From positions 913-64,912 of the forward strand of contig JAJZLL010000011.1 in the NCBI GenBank assembly GCA_021803465.1: 64,000 bases of DNA, read 5' to 3'. The notes under the pieces were generated by a model. The model searched no databases, was not told the DNA's origin, and saw only the letters and a program-made list of their open reading frames with translations. Source of the DNA: a bacterium. Lineage in GTDB: Bacteria; Chloroflexota; Dormibacteria; Aeolococcales; Aeolococcaceae. The position numbers were made by a program, and so were the translations under genes. This document shows, one piece after another, positions 19,276-29,205 of the stretch. The first letter of the stretch is position 1; every line of letters starts with the position of its first letter.

Positions 19276-20855
19276 GCGTGCACCTCATGGGTCAGGGGGG
19301 TTGGTTGTGTGATGGCAGATGCGGGCTGCGTGTGGGAAGCTGCCATGTACTGCTGCACACTTCCCTGGTCGAGCTGTCCCACAATGTTGGGAAACAGCCC
19401 AAGTGCCACCATTGCTGCGCAGAGCGGAATGAGCACCCACCGTTCACGGAGGCGGAGATCAGTCATACCTTCCTTTGTGCCCTTGTGGAGGGGGTCATGC
19501 ATGAGTCCCTGATGGAGACGGAGCATGTACCATCCGGCAAGGACAACTCCAATGCCAGCAATGACAGCAAGCACCCAGCTCGCCTCGAAGGCACCAAGCA
19601 TGATCATGAACTCTCCTGCGAACCCGTTGAGGCCGGGCATGCCAAGAGCAGCAAGAGCAGTGATCATGAAGAGGAAGTACATCCACGGCATTGCCTTCTC
19701 GAGGCCTGACATGAGTGAGCGGTCACGCGTGCCAGTCCTGACCTCAATGAGCTCCATGATGATGAAGAGTGCAGCAATGATAATCCCGTGATTGATGACC
19801 TGCAGTATTGCACCATGCAGCCCTATGACTGTCAGGGCGAACACACCAAGCGAGATGAACCCAAGATGGCTGATGCTTGAGTACGCAACGATGCGCTTGA
19901 TGTCCACCTCCTGGAGTGCCATGAATGCTCCATAGAGGATGGAGAGAAGTGCCAGGGCCAGAAGAAGGCCCTGAAAATCATGCATCTCCTTCGGGAAGAG
20001 GGTCATTGCGTACCGGATGAATCCGTAGATGCCAAGCTTGCTGACAATCCCTGCGAAGAATGTGAGTCCGCTTGCGGGAAGTGACTCATAGAGGTCGGGA
20101 AGCCACGTGTGGAATGGAACGAGTGGCACCTTGATCGCAAATGCCAATGCGAAGGCGAGAAAGGCAAACTGGTCAGGAGTGAGGAGCTTCCAGCCGAATC
20201 CAGGAACAGTGATGATGGACTGCCCAGTGGTCTGGCGTGCAGCGATGGCGTCATAGCTGAATGATCCTCCAGCCTGCGTGTGGAGATAGATGATGGCAAG
20301 AAGCATGAGCAGGTACCATGCAACGGTATATCCAATGAACTTGACAGTCGCACGCTGGCGCTTCTCGTTCCCAAAGCTGCTGAGCAGGAAATACAGGGGA
20401 AGCAGCATGCCCTCCCAGAAAAGGTAGAACAGCAGCAGGTCCGTGCTGAGTATCACTCCTGCAGTCGCGGCCTCCGTGAGTATGAGGAGACCGAAGAAAA
20501 GCTTTGGCCTGTCAACTCCCCGTACCAGGGCCACAACGACTCCAAGCAGAAAGACCACTGCATTGAGGGCGAGGAACCATGCGGAAAGCCCATCGAGGCC
20601 TAGACGGTACGATGCGCCAATCTGCGGAAGCCACTGGACATTCTCTGCATATTTGAAGGAAATGGGCGATCCTGTTGCTGCGGCCTGACTGTAGTTCAGC
20701 AGGAGACCGAGAACAAGGAAACCAGTGGCAAGTGCAGCAATGAGCGCGAACGTCTTGATGAGCCATGCCTCACGACGGGGAGTGCACAGGATTGCGACAG
20801 CTCCAAGAATCGGAACAAGCAGGACAAGCGTGAGCCACGAGAATCCCGTAGTCAT
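19272..20855 (-). CDS. nuoM: NADH-quinone oxidoreductase subunit M
   Basis: 527-aa antiporter-like subunit; overlaps nuoN start by 4 nt. Confidence 0.9.
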   Translation of the reverse strand: MTTGFSWLTLVLLVPILGAVAILCTPRREAWLIKTFALIAALATGFLVLGLLLNYSQAAATGSPISFKYAENVQWLPQIGASYRLGLDGLSAWFLALNAVVFLLGVVVALVRGVDRPKLFFGLLILTEAATAGVILSTDLLLFYLFWEGMLLPLYFLLSSFGNEKRQRATVKFIGYTVAWYLLMLLAIIYLHTQAGGSFSYDAIAARQTTGQSIITVPGFGWKLLTPDQFAFLAFALAFAIKVPLVPFHTWLPDLYESLPASGLTFFAGIVSKLGIYGFIRYAMTLFPKEMHDFQGLLLALALLSILYGAFMALQEVDIKRIVAYSSISHLGFISLGVFALTVIGLHGAILQVINHGIIIAALFIIMELIEVRTGTRDRSLMSGLEKAMPWMYFLFMITALAALGMPGLNGFAGEFMIMLGAFEASWVLAVIAGIGVVLAGWYMLRLHQGLMHDPLHKGTKEGMTDLRLRERWVLIPLCAAMVALGLFPNIVGQLDQGSVQQYMAASHTQPASAITQPTPLTHEVHA

Positions 20856-22834
20856 CGGACAACTACCCCCACGATGATGATGACAAAGAGCAGAGCGAAG
20901 AAGACCATGTACGCGATGTAGTCCCTGATGAGACCACTCTGAAATGGTTGAAGCGTGTTGCCAAGATCATCCACACCAATGCCAACACCCTCGACCCATC
21001 CATCCATGATTTCTGGCTCAATGAGCTTCCTGCACCACTTGGCAACTGCACGAAGGGGACGCACGATGGCAGCATCATAGAGCTCATCGAAGTAGAACTT
21101 GTGCATTGAAAGCTGGGTGATGAACCGCGGTATTCGGCTCGCAACCGTTTCCGCATCGGGCTCACGTCGCAGCCATAGACGGAGCGCTCCCCCCACACCG
21201 ATGAGGCTCATGGCAGTGCCCACAAGCATGCCTATCCAGCCTGAGGCAACCCCTGGTTCATGCGCGAGTGGGCCACTTGTGATTGAGGTGAACACAGGCG
21301 AAAGGAACTGGGTGAAGTCCTGCACACGTACCGATCCGAAGGCTACAGGCCACCAGAGGAAGAAACCTGCAATGGCGCTGAGCGCTGCAAGGATGACAAC
21401 AGGAACGAGCATGATTCTGGGTGCCTCGTGAGCAGCGGCTGGACGTGCGGTCTGTGGCTCGCCCTTGAAGACGATTGCCCAAAGGCGGAATGCGTAGAGT
21501 CCAGTGAGCACATTGATGCAGACGCCAATGATGTAAAGAAGCAGCGCCACATGGCCTGGACCGTTCAGCACGCCATATCCCAGCAGATTCTCCTTGCTGA
21601 ACCATCCTGCGAACAGTGGAATGCCAGACAGCGCGAGCGAGCCGATGAGAAAGGACTTTTCCGTGATCTTGAGCCTCTTTCCAAGGCCACCCATGACCCG
21701 GATGTCCTGCTCGTCATGCATCGCGTGGATGACATTCCCTGCACCAAGGAAGAGCAGGGCCTTGAAAAAGGCATGGGTGACAAGGTGGTACATGCCTGCT
21801 GCATAGGCACCCATCCCGACAGCGTAGATCATGAGTCCAATCTGCGACATCGTGGAGTATGCGATGACGCGCTTGATGTCCACCTGGCTCAGCGCTATGA
21901 TGCCAGCCATGAACGATGTGCCGATGCCTACGCATGCCACAAGTCCCTGGATGATGGGTGCACGGTCAAAGAGCGGGTGGAACCGTGCAATGAGGTACAC
22001 GCCAGCAGTCACCATTGTTGCTGCATGAATGAGGGCGGACACTGGTGTGGGCCCTTCCATCGCGTCCGGAAGCCACGTGTGGAGGGGAAACTGCGCACTT
22101 TTCGCGAAAGCGCCAATGGCAAGGAGCAGGCAGATCCAGGTCACAGTGCTGCTTCCGTACTGGAACGATGCGACATTGTGGAAGATTGTCGGCATGCTGA
22201 GACTGTAGATGTGGGTTCCAATGGGACTCATCACGTTTGTCACGATGAGGAATGCTGCAATGACGAGTGCGACATCACCGATGACCTGGGTAATGAAGGC
22301 CTTTCGCGCTGCAGCAACTGCGCTTGGCCGCTCGTACCAGAACCCAATGAGGAAGTAGCTGCTCACTGCGACAAGCGCCCATCCAATGATGAGGAACACA
22401 AGATCCGCAGCAAGCACGAGAAACAGCATGGAAAAGACGAAGAAGTTCATGTACGCGAAGAAGCGCGCAACCCCCTCGTCATGCTCCATGTATCCAACAC
22501 TGTAGACATGGATGAGGAATCCAACCCCAGTCACGACGAGGAGCATGATGATGGAGAGCTGGTCGAGTGTTGCCTGGAATGCCACGGAGAGGGATCCACC
22601 AACGACATACCAGTTCCAGAGCGTCACTGTGACAGCCCTGTGCGAGCTTGCAGCAGTGAGCATCACGATGAGCGCCACTGCGCTGACGACAAATGCAGCC
22701 CCTATTGACACGGTTCCGACAATGTTCACGAGTCCACGGCGCTTCGCTGAACCGAACGCAGCATTGATGAGCGACCCGATAAGGGGGAACCCGAGAACGA
22801 GCAGCACGACTGTGGTGACAAATCCCTGACTCAT
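20852..22834 (-). CDS. nuoL: NADH-quinone oxidoreductase subunit L
   Basis: 660-aa antiporter-like subunit with long C-terminal amphipathic helix region. Confidence 0.9.
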   Translation of the reverse strand: MSQGFVTTVVLLVLGFPLIGSLINAAFGSAKRRGLVNIVGTVSIGAAFVVSAVALIVMLTAASSHRAVTVTLWNWYVVGGSLSVAFQATLDQLSIIMLLVVTGVGFLIHVYSVGYMEHDEGVARFFAYMNFFVFSMLFLVLAADLVFLIIGWALVAVSSYFLIGFWYERPSAVAAARKAFITQVIGDVALVIAAFLIVTNVMSPIGTHIYSLSMPTIFHNVASFQYGSSTVTWICLLLAIGAFAKSAQFPLHTWLPDAMEGPTPVSALIHAATMVTAGVYLIARFHPLFDRAPIIQGLVACVGIGTSFMAGIIALSQVDIKRVIAYSTMSQIGLMIYAVGMGAYAAGMYHLVTHAFFKALLFLGAGNVIHAMHDEQDIRVMGGLGKRLKITEKSFLIGSLALSGIPLFAGWFSKENLLGYGVLNGPGHVALLLYIIGVCINVLTGLYAFRLWAIVFKGEPQTARPAAAHEAPRIMLVPVVILAALSAIAGFFLWWPVAFGSVRVQDFTQFLSPVFTSITSGPLAHEPGVASGWIGMLVGTAMSLIGVGGALRLWLRREPDAETVASRIPRFITQLSMHKFYFDELYDAAIVRPLRAVAKWCRKLIEPEIMDGWVEGVGIGVDDLGNTLQPFQSGLIRDYIAYMVFFALLFVIIIVGVVVR

Positions 22835-22838
22835 TGCA

Positions 22839-23147
22839 TTAGTCCTTCATCTCATCAAGGCGGTCAACATCCAGGGTGTGTTCTGCACGGAACACTCTTG
22901 TGACCATGGCAAGTCCAACAACAACTTCCGCTGCTGCAACAACAATCACCATGAAGGCGAACACCTGTCCAGCAAGGCTGTTCAGTGCTCGTCCATATGC
23001 CACGAGAACAAGATTCACGGAATTCAGCATCAGCTCGATTGACATGAAGATGACGAGCGGGTTTCTCCTGATGAGGACACCAGTCGCCCCAATCATGAAA
23101 AGGAGTGTTCCAAGAAACAAGAGGAATTGAAAATCTCCAGTGCTCAC
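22839..23147 (-). CDS. nuoK: NADH-quinone oxidoreductase subunit K
   Basis: 102 aa, three TM helices, conserved NuoK sequence. Confidence 0.9.
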   Translation of the reverse strand: MSTGDFQFLLFLGTLLFMIGATGVLIRRNPLVIFMSIELMLNSVNLVLVAYGRALNSLAGQVFAFMVIVVAAAEVVVGLAMVTRVFRAEHTLDVDRLDEMKD

Positions 23148-23698
23148 AGTCCTTTCCTCGCATGGTGGGTGAGATATACTGCTCCAGCTGCAGCGACAAG
23201 AAGTAGCAGTGATGACACCTCGAATGGCAGCAGGTAGGTAGTGAAGAGCTGGCCAGCTATGGTCTGGACATTTCCATGGGCATTCACTGCCTGCTCAGTG
23301 TATGCAAACGATGAGGGATGGGCGATGCGGCCCACAACTGCTCCCCGGATCTTGCCATTCTGCACGACTGCAGTGCTTCCAGCCATTGTCCATACACCCA
23401 CTGCAGCAACAATCGATGCGAGTATTCCGAGCACCATATGCCAATCCACACGGGGCCGTTCCTCAGCTCGGGGATTGAGGAGGGCAATGATGAAGACGAA
23501 GAGCACCATCACTGCTCCTGCATAGACAATGATCTGCACAGCGAAGAGAAACTGCGCATTGAGAATGAGGAAGATGACTGACAATGCGCAGATTGTCACA
23601 ACAAGGCTGAGTGCGGAGTACAGTGCATGGGATGACCAGATGAGTGAGATTGCGGAGATGACAGCAATTGCACCAAGGAGCCAGAGCGCCCAGTTCAT
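23144..23698 (-). CDS. nuoJ: NADH-quinone oxidoreductase subunit J
   Basis: 184-aa membrane subunit. Confidence 0.85.
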   Translation of the reverse strand: MNWALWLLGAIAVISAISLIWSSHALYSALSLVVTICALSVIFLILNAQFLFAVQIIVYAGAVMVLFVFIIALLNPRAEERPRVDWHMVLGILASIVAAVGVWTMAGSTAVVQNGKIRGAVVGRIAHPSSFAYTEQAVNAHGNVQTIAGQLFTTYLLPFEVSSLLLLVAAAGAVYLTHHARKGL

Positions 23699-24333
23699 CT
23701 GCTCTCTCCTTCACCCGACCCAGTACGCTTCACTGTTGGCGGAGTCACCTCAAGACCTCCGTGTCCAGGCGTCGCCTCATCCGGATGGATGTGGGACTCC
23801 TCAAACGCATCCCATGCCTTGACAGGATCCACGCCTGACTCAAGCTTCTCATGGCCGCGCTGGTCCGCACCTGCACCGAGGACGCTTGGCTTTGCGCCAC
23901 CAGTCGTGAAGGATGGCCATGACTCGAGCAGTTCGTCCTTGGTCACAACCGTATGTTCCCTCCGGTAGTCAGCGAGGTCATACCTTGGTCCCAGCGTGAT
24001 GGCTTCAGTTGGACAGGCCTCAGCACAGTACCCGCAGTAGATGCACCTCATGAGGTTAATCTCGTACCGTGCTGCATACCGCTCACCCGGCGACACTGGA
24101 TGCTCTGGATCATTTTCAGCGGGAAGCACATAGATGCACCCAACAGGACATGCTCCTGCGCACAGCTCACAGCCAATGCACCGCTCAAGTCCATTGTCAT
24201 ACCGGTGCAGCATGTGCCTTCCACGATGCCGTGGGAATGTTGGCTTCTGCTCCTCAGGATAGTTAAGCGTTATCGGCTTCCTGAACATCTGCCGCAATGT
24301 GAAGGCCATGCCTTGCGCAATCTCTTTCAGCAT
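23695..24333 (-). CDS. nuoI: NADH-quinone oxidoreductase subunit I (2x[4Fe-4S] ferredoxin)
   Basis: CIGCELCAGACP and CIYCGYCAEACP motifs; start trimmed to MLKEIAQGMAF to avoid overlap with nuoH. Confidence 0.9.
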   Translation of the reverse strand: MLKEIAQGMAFTLRQMFRKPITLNYPEEQKPTFPRHRGRHMLHRYDNGLERCIGCELCAGACPVGCIYVLPAENDPEHPVSPGERYAARYEINLMRCIYCGYCAEACPTEAITLGPRYDLADYRREHTVVTKDELLESWPSFTTGGAKPSVLGAGADQRGHEKLESGVDPVKAWDAFEESHIHPDEATPGHGGLEVTPPTVKRTGSGEGESR

Positions 24334-24343
24334 CCCCCTCTCC

Positions 24344-25363
24344 TTACGCTGCCCGCAGTGCGATGACCACACCCGTGACGACGATGTTCATGAGTCCCAG
24401 AGGAAGGAGCACCTTCCAGCCGAAATTCATGAGCCTATCATATCGGAACCGTGGCAAGGTAAATCTGATCCAGATCATCGTGAAGAGAAGTAGTGAGATC
24501 TTCACGAGATACCAGATGACCCCTGGAATGAACGACAGGAATGCGAAGGGCGGGAGCCATCCGCCGAGGAAGAGCGTTGTTGCGATGGAACAGATGATGA
24601 CCATGTTGATGTACTCGGCAAGGAAGTAGAATGCGAACTTCATTGATGAATACTCGGTATGGTACCCGGCTCCCAGTTCAGACTCCGCTTCGGGGAGGTC
24701 GAATGGCAACCTGTTCCCCTCAGCCAGACCCGCAATGAAGTAGAGAAAGAAGGCGAGAGGCTGGAGAAAGATGAACCACAGTCCTGTCTGCTTGGTGACG
24801 ATCTGCTCCATGTCAAGGGAGCCGGACAGAATGATGACACCCATGATGGCGAATGCCACAGCCATCTCATAGGAAATGAGCTGGGCTGCGGACCTGAGGC
24901 CGCCAAGAAGCGAGTACTTGCTGTTCGCTGCGTATCCGCCAAGAAAGATCGAGTAGACTCCCAGTGATGTCATTGCAAGAATGAAAAGCAGTCCAACATT
25001 GACATGGATGAGATCCCAGTGCAGCGTGAACGATCCGATGGTGGTTGGTCCGTTGACAGGTATTGCTGCGAAGGCGAAAATCGCAACGGCTCCCGCAATG
25101 CTTGGAGCAAGAAGGAAAAGGAACCGTTCACGGCCCTTCGGTGCTGTGTTCTCCTTGAAAAAGAGTTTCACGACATCAGCAAGGGGCTGGAGCAGTCCCA
25201 GTGGACCCACACGGTTTGGACCGTGACGGAGCTGGATGCGTGCGCTCACTTTCCGCTCCGCGTATGACATGTACGCAGCAGCTGTTGCCACAAAGATGAG
25301 TATGATGACTGCCTTGAGTACGACAATCCCCACCCATCCCCAAAAGCCAATCGCTCCTACCAT
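24344..25363 (-). CDS. nuoH: NADH-quinone oxidoreductase subunit H
   Basis: 339-aa polytopic protein, conserved NuoH/ND1 N-terminus. Confidence 0.9.
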   Translation of the reverse strand: MVGAIGFWGWVGIVVLKAVIILIFVATAAAYMSYAERKVSARIQLRHGPNRVGPLGLLQPLADVVKLFFKENTAPKGRERFLFLLAPSIAGAVAIFAFAAIPVNGPTTIGSFTLHWDLIHVNVGLLFILAMTSLGVYSIFLGGYAANSKYSLLGGLRSAAQLISYEMAVAFAIMGVIILSGSLDMEQIVTKQTGLWFIFLQPLAFFLYFIAGLAEGNRLPFDLPEAESELGAGYHTEYSSMKFAFYFLAEYINMVIICSIATTLFLGGWLPPFAFLSFIPGVIWYLVKISLLLFTMIWIRFTLPRFRYDRLMNFGWKVLLPLGLMNIVVTGVVIALRAA

Positions 25364-27291
25364 GAGGCCCTCTCCCCTTTCCGGCTGACTCCGTATGCAG
25401 GAACATCGTGCACAATTCGCTCATACACTGAGGACGCTGTGGGTGTCCAGTTGGGTTCATCACCGCATACCTTGGCAAGCTCCGTGAGGACTGCGAGCTC
25501 ATTTGGTGTGCGTGTTGCTGGAGGAAGGGCTGGGCGGAGCGTCTGGATGCGGCCCTCCGTGTTCGTCACAGTACCCGCCTTCTCGAAGAAGCTGTGACCA
25601 GGTATCACCACTGTCGCAAGCTCCGTCACCACACTTGGCACTTCCTCAAGCGCAACCACCACCTCGCAGGAGGAAAGGGCTTCCTTGAGCCTGGCCTCGC
25701 CAATCTCCTCAACCAGATCACTTCCATGGACAATGAACATGGCCTTGATGGCACGGTTCGCTGCGAGATCGAGAACCTGGCCAAGGTACTTCCCCGACTT
25801 CTTCGCGGGAACATATCCCGGAAGAAGATTCGGCTCAATGCCAAGGTCCTTTGCGCCCCGTCCATTGACTGCACGGGTGATGGTGAGCTGCTTCACAGTC
25901 TTCCCCTTGCGTGCGAGTTCCTCGCGGAGGGAAGCTGCAATCTCACGCTCATCCTCATGGGCAACAACGCCAACACTCCCCTCTGCATGCACAGAAAGCA
26001 CCACATCATGCACATCGCTTCCATCCTCACGGACACGAAGCACCTGCACTCCGCATTTGGTCTGCGCCTTGCGCAGCCTGAGCGTCAGCACTGGGGACTC
26101 GCCCTCTGCACGGTTTCCAACAACAATGACTGTGCCGCACTGTTCAATCTCCGCAATTCCCAGTGCATGTTCAGCTGGTGACAACTGTGGAAACTCACGG
26201 ATCGAATGGTTCAGATGCTGCGTATCGAGCACATGGCGTGCAAGGTGCTGTATGAGCCAGAATTCCTCGTTTGTGAGATGGGGCGATGCCACGACAGCAA
26301 TGGCACTTCCACCATGCTTCTCCCGTACCCCGACAAGCTGCTTCCCCGCCTCGACATATGACTCCTCAATGGTCGTGAACGTCTCCTTCTCCCCCCTCCT
26401 GTGTGTGGCGGGGCGGTGAACACGCTCTCTCCCATTCCAGGATGTCGCACTGTACCGTCCACGGTCGCAGAGCCACATGTCATCAACTGCAGGATTGTCC
26501 CGGGATGCAAATCGCCGGACTTCGAAATCCCTGCTGTCAGCGAAAATGTTGCAGCCATATGAGCAGCCTGGACAGATGCTTGGCGTGCGCTGCAGGTCCC
26601 ATGGGCGCGTAGTGAACCTGTACTGCTTGTGCGTGAGCGCTCCCACAGGACAGACCTCTGGAAGGTTCCCCTGGAACTCCGATGTCAGCTGCTTGCCGTT
26701 GTACGTCTCGATGACTGTCTTGATGCCGCGTTCCTGCAGAACGATCTCCTTCTCACCAGTGATTTCGTCGTAGTACCGCACACATCTCCAGCAGAGAATG
26801 CACCGTTCCTGGTCCAGCTCGATCTTGTCTGAAAGGGAATATGCCTTCTTTGCATGAACCTTGTCAGCAGTGCTGAACCGGGAGTCGTTCGGACCGTACC
26901 TGAAGGCGAAGTCCTGGAGGTCGCATTCTCCACCACGGTCACACACAGGACAGTCGAGCGGATGGTTCTCAAGCAGGAACTCAAGTACACCTTCACGTGC
27001 CTTGTGGACACCAGCATTCTGTGTTGTTACCACCATGCCATCTGCAACCACAGTCGCGCAGGCTGGCTGGAGCTTCGGCATTTTCTCAACGCCCACAAGG
27101 CACATTCTGCACACTGCCACAGGATCCATCTTCGGATGGGCACAGTAGACGGGAATGTGGACGCCTGCTGCGAGGGCAGCGTCAAGGACGAGCGTGCCTT
27201 TGGGAACACGCACATTCACTCCGTCAATCGCAACTCCAACAAGACCATCATCGACGACAGCTTCCTGGGTTGAACCGTTCTCCTCAGCCAT
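25357..27291 (-). CDS. nuoG: NADH-quinone oxidoreductase subunit G (short form)
   Basis: 2Fe-2S and 4Fe-4S Cys clusters in N-terminus, molybdopterin-like C-terminal domain, 644 aa. Confidence 0.9.
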   Translation of the reverse strand: MAEENGSTQEAVVDDGLVGVAIDGVNVRVPKGTLVLDAALAAGVHIPVYCAHPKMDPVAVCRMCLVGVEKMPKLQPACATVVADGMVVTTQNAGVHKAREGVLEFLLENHPLDCPVCDRGGECDLQDFAFRYGPNDSRFSTADKVHAKKAYSLSDKIELDQERCILCWRCVRYYDEITGEKEIVLQERGIKTVIETYNGKQLTSEFQGNLPEVCPVGALTHKQYRFTTRPWDLQRTPSICPGCSYGCNIFADSRDFEVRRFASRDNPAVDDMWLCDRGRYSATSWNGRERVHRPATHRRGEKETFTTIEESYVEAGKQLVGVREKHGGSAIAVVASPHLTNEEFWLIQHLARHVLDTQHLNHSIREFPQLSPAEHALGIAEIEQCGTVIVVGNRAEGESPVLTLRLRKAQTKCGVQVLRVREDGSDVHDVVLSVHAEGSVGVVAHEDEREIAASLREELARKGKTVKQLTITRAVNGRGAKDLGIEPNLLPGYVPAKKSGKYLGQVLDLAANRAIKAMFIVHGSDLVEEIGEARLKEALSSCEVVVALEEVPSVVTELATVVIPGHSFFEKAGTVTNTEGRIQTLRPALPPATRTPNELAVLTELAKVCGDEPNWTPTASSVYERIVHDVPAYGVSRKGERASW

Positions 27292-27301
27292 GCTCCCCTC
27301 C

Positions 27302-28582
27302 TTAGACCATCACAACTGGATGGCGAACTGGACATGCAGCAGCTCCGCAGTGAGAGCGGAATTCCTCGCGGAATGCCTTGTATGCCGACATGACAAACCA
27401 TGTGGCAGTATCACCAAGCGGGCAAAAGCACTTGCCGTTCATGTTGTCGCAGATATCCTCAAGCGTTGAGAGCTCCTCAAGCGTTGCATCCCCTGCCTCA
27501 AGACGGTGCATGAGCTTTGACTCGAAGTACGTCCCCTCCCTGCAGGGAACGCATTTTCCGCACGATTCATGGTGGTAGAAGTCCACAAGACGCATCGACA
27601 CATTCACCATGCATGTTGTCTGGTCCATGAACACCATGGCTCCTGCACCAAGCGATGATCCTGCCTTTGCGACAGCATCGAAGTCAAGGGGAAGATCGAG
27701 GTGTTCAGGTAGAAGTACCTGCATCGATCCACCGCCAGGCTGGAAGGCCTTGAGGTCACTTCCCTCCAGCATTCCCTGGCACTCCTCCTCAAGGAGCTCC
27801 CGGATCGTTGTCCCCATGGCCATCTCGTAGACGCCTGGCCTGTTGATGTGCCCTGAGCAGCAGAAGAGACGTGTCCCTGCACTGCTCTCACACCCGATGG
27901 TCTTGTACCAGGCTCCCCCCCGCTCCATGATGTGGGGCAGTGTGGAGAGTGTCTCGACATTGTTGACGACTGTTGGCTGGCCATAGAGTCCCTTGATGGC
28001 TGGGAACGGTGGCTTGAGTCGTGGCTGTCCACGGTACCCCTCAAGCGAGGAAAGCAGTGCTGTCTCCTCACCACATATGTATGCGCCAGCCCCTCCATGA
28101 ACGATGATCTCGCAGTCGAAATCCTTCCCCATGATCTTCTTGCCCACATAGCCCTTGGCACGTGCCTCCTCGACACACCGCTCAAGGGTGAGCCTCTGGT
28201 CGTGGTATTCACCACGGATGTAGATGAACGCGTGATGCACCTGAAGGGCAAACGCTGCGATGAGCAGTCCCTCGATGAGCTGATGGGGATTCTTGTCGAT
28301 GAGGTAGCGATCCTTGAAACATCCCGGTTCGGACTCGTCAGCGTTGCAGCAGAGATAGCGGGGATACACATCCTTTGGCAGAAATGACCATTTCGTTCCA
28401 GTGGGGAATGCTGCACCGCCACGACCGCGGAGGCCTGAAGCCTTCACTTCCTCGATGATCGCCTCTGGCGTCATGCCGAGCGTCTTGCGGAGAGCCTGGT
28501 AGCCTCCTGTACGCTCGTACCCCGTGAGCGTGTCAAGACCTTCCTCTCCGACGTGTGCTGTGAGCAGTCTGTGTTCAGCCAT
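27302..28582 (-). CDS. nuoF: NADH-quinone oxidoreductase subunit F
   Basis: FMN/NADH-binding motif GGAGAYICGEETALL and C-terminal 4Fe-4S Cys motif. Confidence 0.9.
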   Translation of the reverse strand: MAEHRLLTAHVGEEGLDTLTGYERTGGYQALRKTLGMTPEAIIEEVKASGLRGRGGAAFPTGTKWSFLPKDVYPRYLCCNADESEPGCFKDRYLIDKNPHQLIEGLLIAAFALQVHHAFIYIRGEYHDQRLTLERCVEEARAKGYVGKKIMGKDFDCEIIVHGGAGAYICGEETALLSSLEGYRGQPRLKPPFPAIKGLYGQPTVVNNVETLSTLPHIMERGGAWYKTIGCESSAGTRLFCCSGHINRPGVYEMAMGTTIRELLEEECQGMLEGSDLKAFQPGGGSMQVLLPEHLDLPLDFDAVAKAGSSLGAGAMVFMDQTTCMVNVSMRLVDFYHHESCGKCVPCREGTYFESKLMHRLEAGDATLEELSTLEDICDNMNGKCFCPLGDTATWFVMSAYKAFREEFRSHCGAAACPVRHPVVMV

Positions 28583-28602
28583 GAATTTCCTCGCAGTACA
28601 TT

Positions 28603-29205
28603 CTATCGCTTCGAAGAACGACGACGGCTCTTCTTGGAATCAGATTCCTCATGCTCCGATGTCGGCTCAGAATGGTGCTCATGAGCCTCGTGCGCGCCAG
28701 GCTTTCCGTGATGCGCGCTTCCCTTTCCAGGAAGGTAGTTCTCAGTGTGCTCAAGGAGATCGACCACCTTGTCTGGTGTCAGATTCTCCACGAAGTGGTG
28801 GTCAAGCTGCATTGCAGGTCCATAGCCGCACGCACCAAGACACTCGATTGTCCGTTCCCATGTCACGCTGCCGTCTGCTGATGTGGAACCGGATGGACCA
28901 ATGCGTGTCTCAAGCCGCTCCACAATGTCATCCGATCCGCGAAGCGCGCATGAAACGTTCGTGCAGACAAGAAGGAAGTGCTTTCCCCTGGGCTTGAGCG
29001 CAAACATGGAGTAGAACGTTGCAACGGACTCGACCTCGCTTGGCGTGATGCTGAGCAGTTCCGCAATGTCCGCGAACCGCTCCGCGCTGATGAAGCCTTC
29101 CTCTTCCTGCACAGCCCAGAGAGCGGGTATGACAGCACTCCGTGGCTGAGGATAGCGGTCACGGAGTGCTGTGATCGTTGACCGGAGTGAATCTGTGAAC
29201 GTCAT
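28603..29205 (-). CDS. nuoE: NADH-quinone oxidoreductase subunit E (thioredoxin-like 2Fe-2S) with His-rich C-terminal tail
   Basis: CTNVSC...ECLGACGYGP motifs; start set at MTFTD... giving 1-nt TGATG overlap with nuoD stop; C-terminal HHGKPGAHEAHEHH... tail. Confidence 0.85.
   Translation of the reverse strand: MTFTDSLRSTITALRDRYPQPRSAVIPALWAVQEEEGFISAERFADIAELLSITPSEVESVATFYSMFALKPRGKHFLLVCTNVSCALRGSDDIVERLETRIGPSGSTSADGSVTWERTIECLGACGYGPAMQLDHHFVENLTPDKVVDLLEHTENYLPGKGSAHHGKPGAHEAHEHHSEPTSEHEESDSKKSRRRSSKR

Noticed and set aside
21428-22708. 426-aa plus-strand ORF (Cys/His/Asp-rich) inside nuoL
   Set aside because: Antisense to a confidently identified nuoL; composition typical of reverse-strand translation of high-GC membrane-protein genes; no motifs
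25685-28422. Long ORFs (244, 195 and 272 aa) overlapping or antisense within nuoG and nuoF
   Set aside because: They overlap strongly supported nuoG/nuoF reading frames; low-complexity Ser/Arg/Pro-rich translations characteristic of spurious GC-rich ORFs
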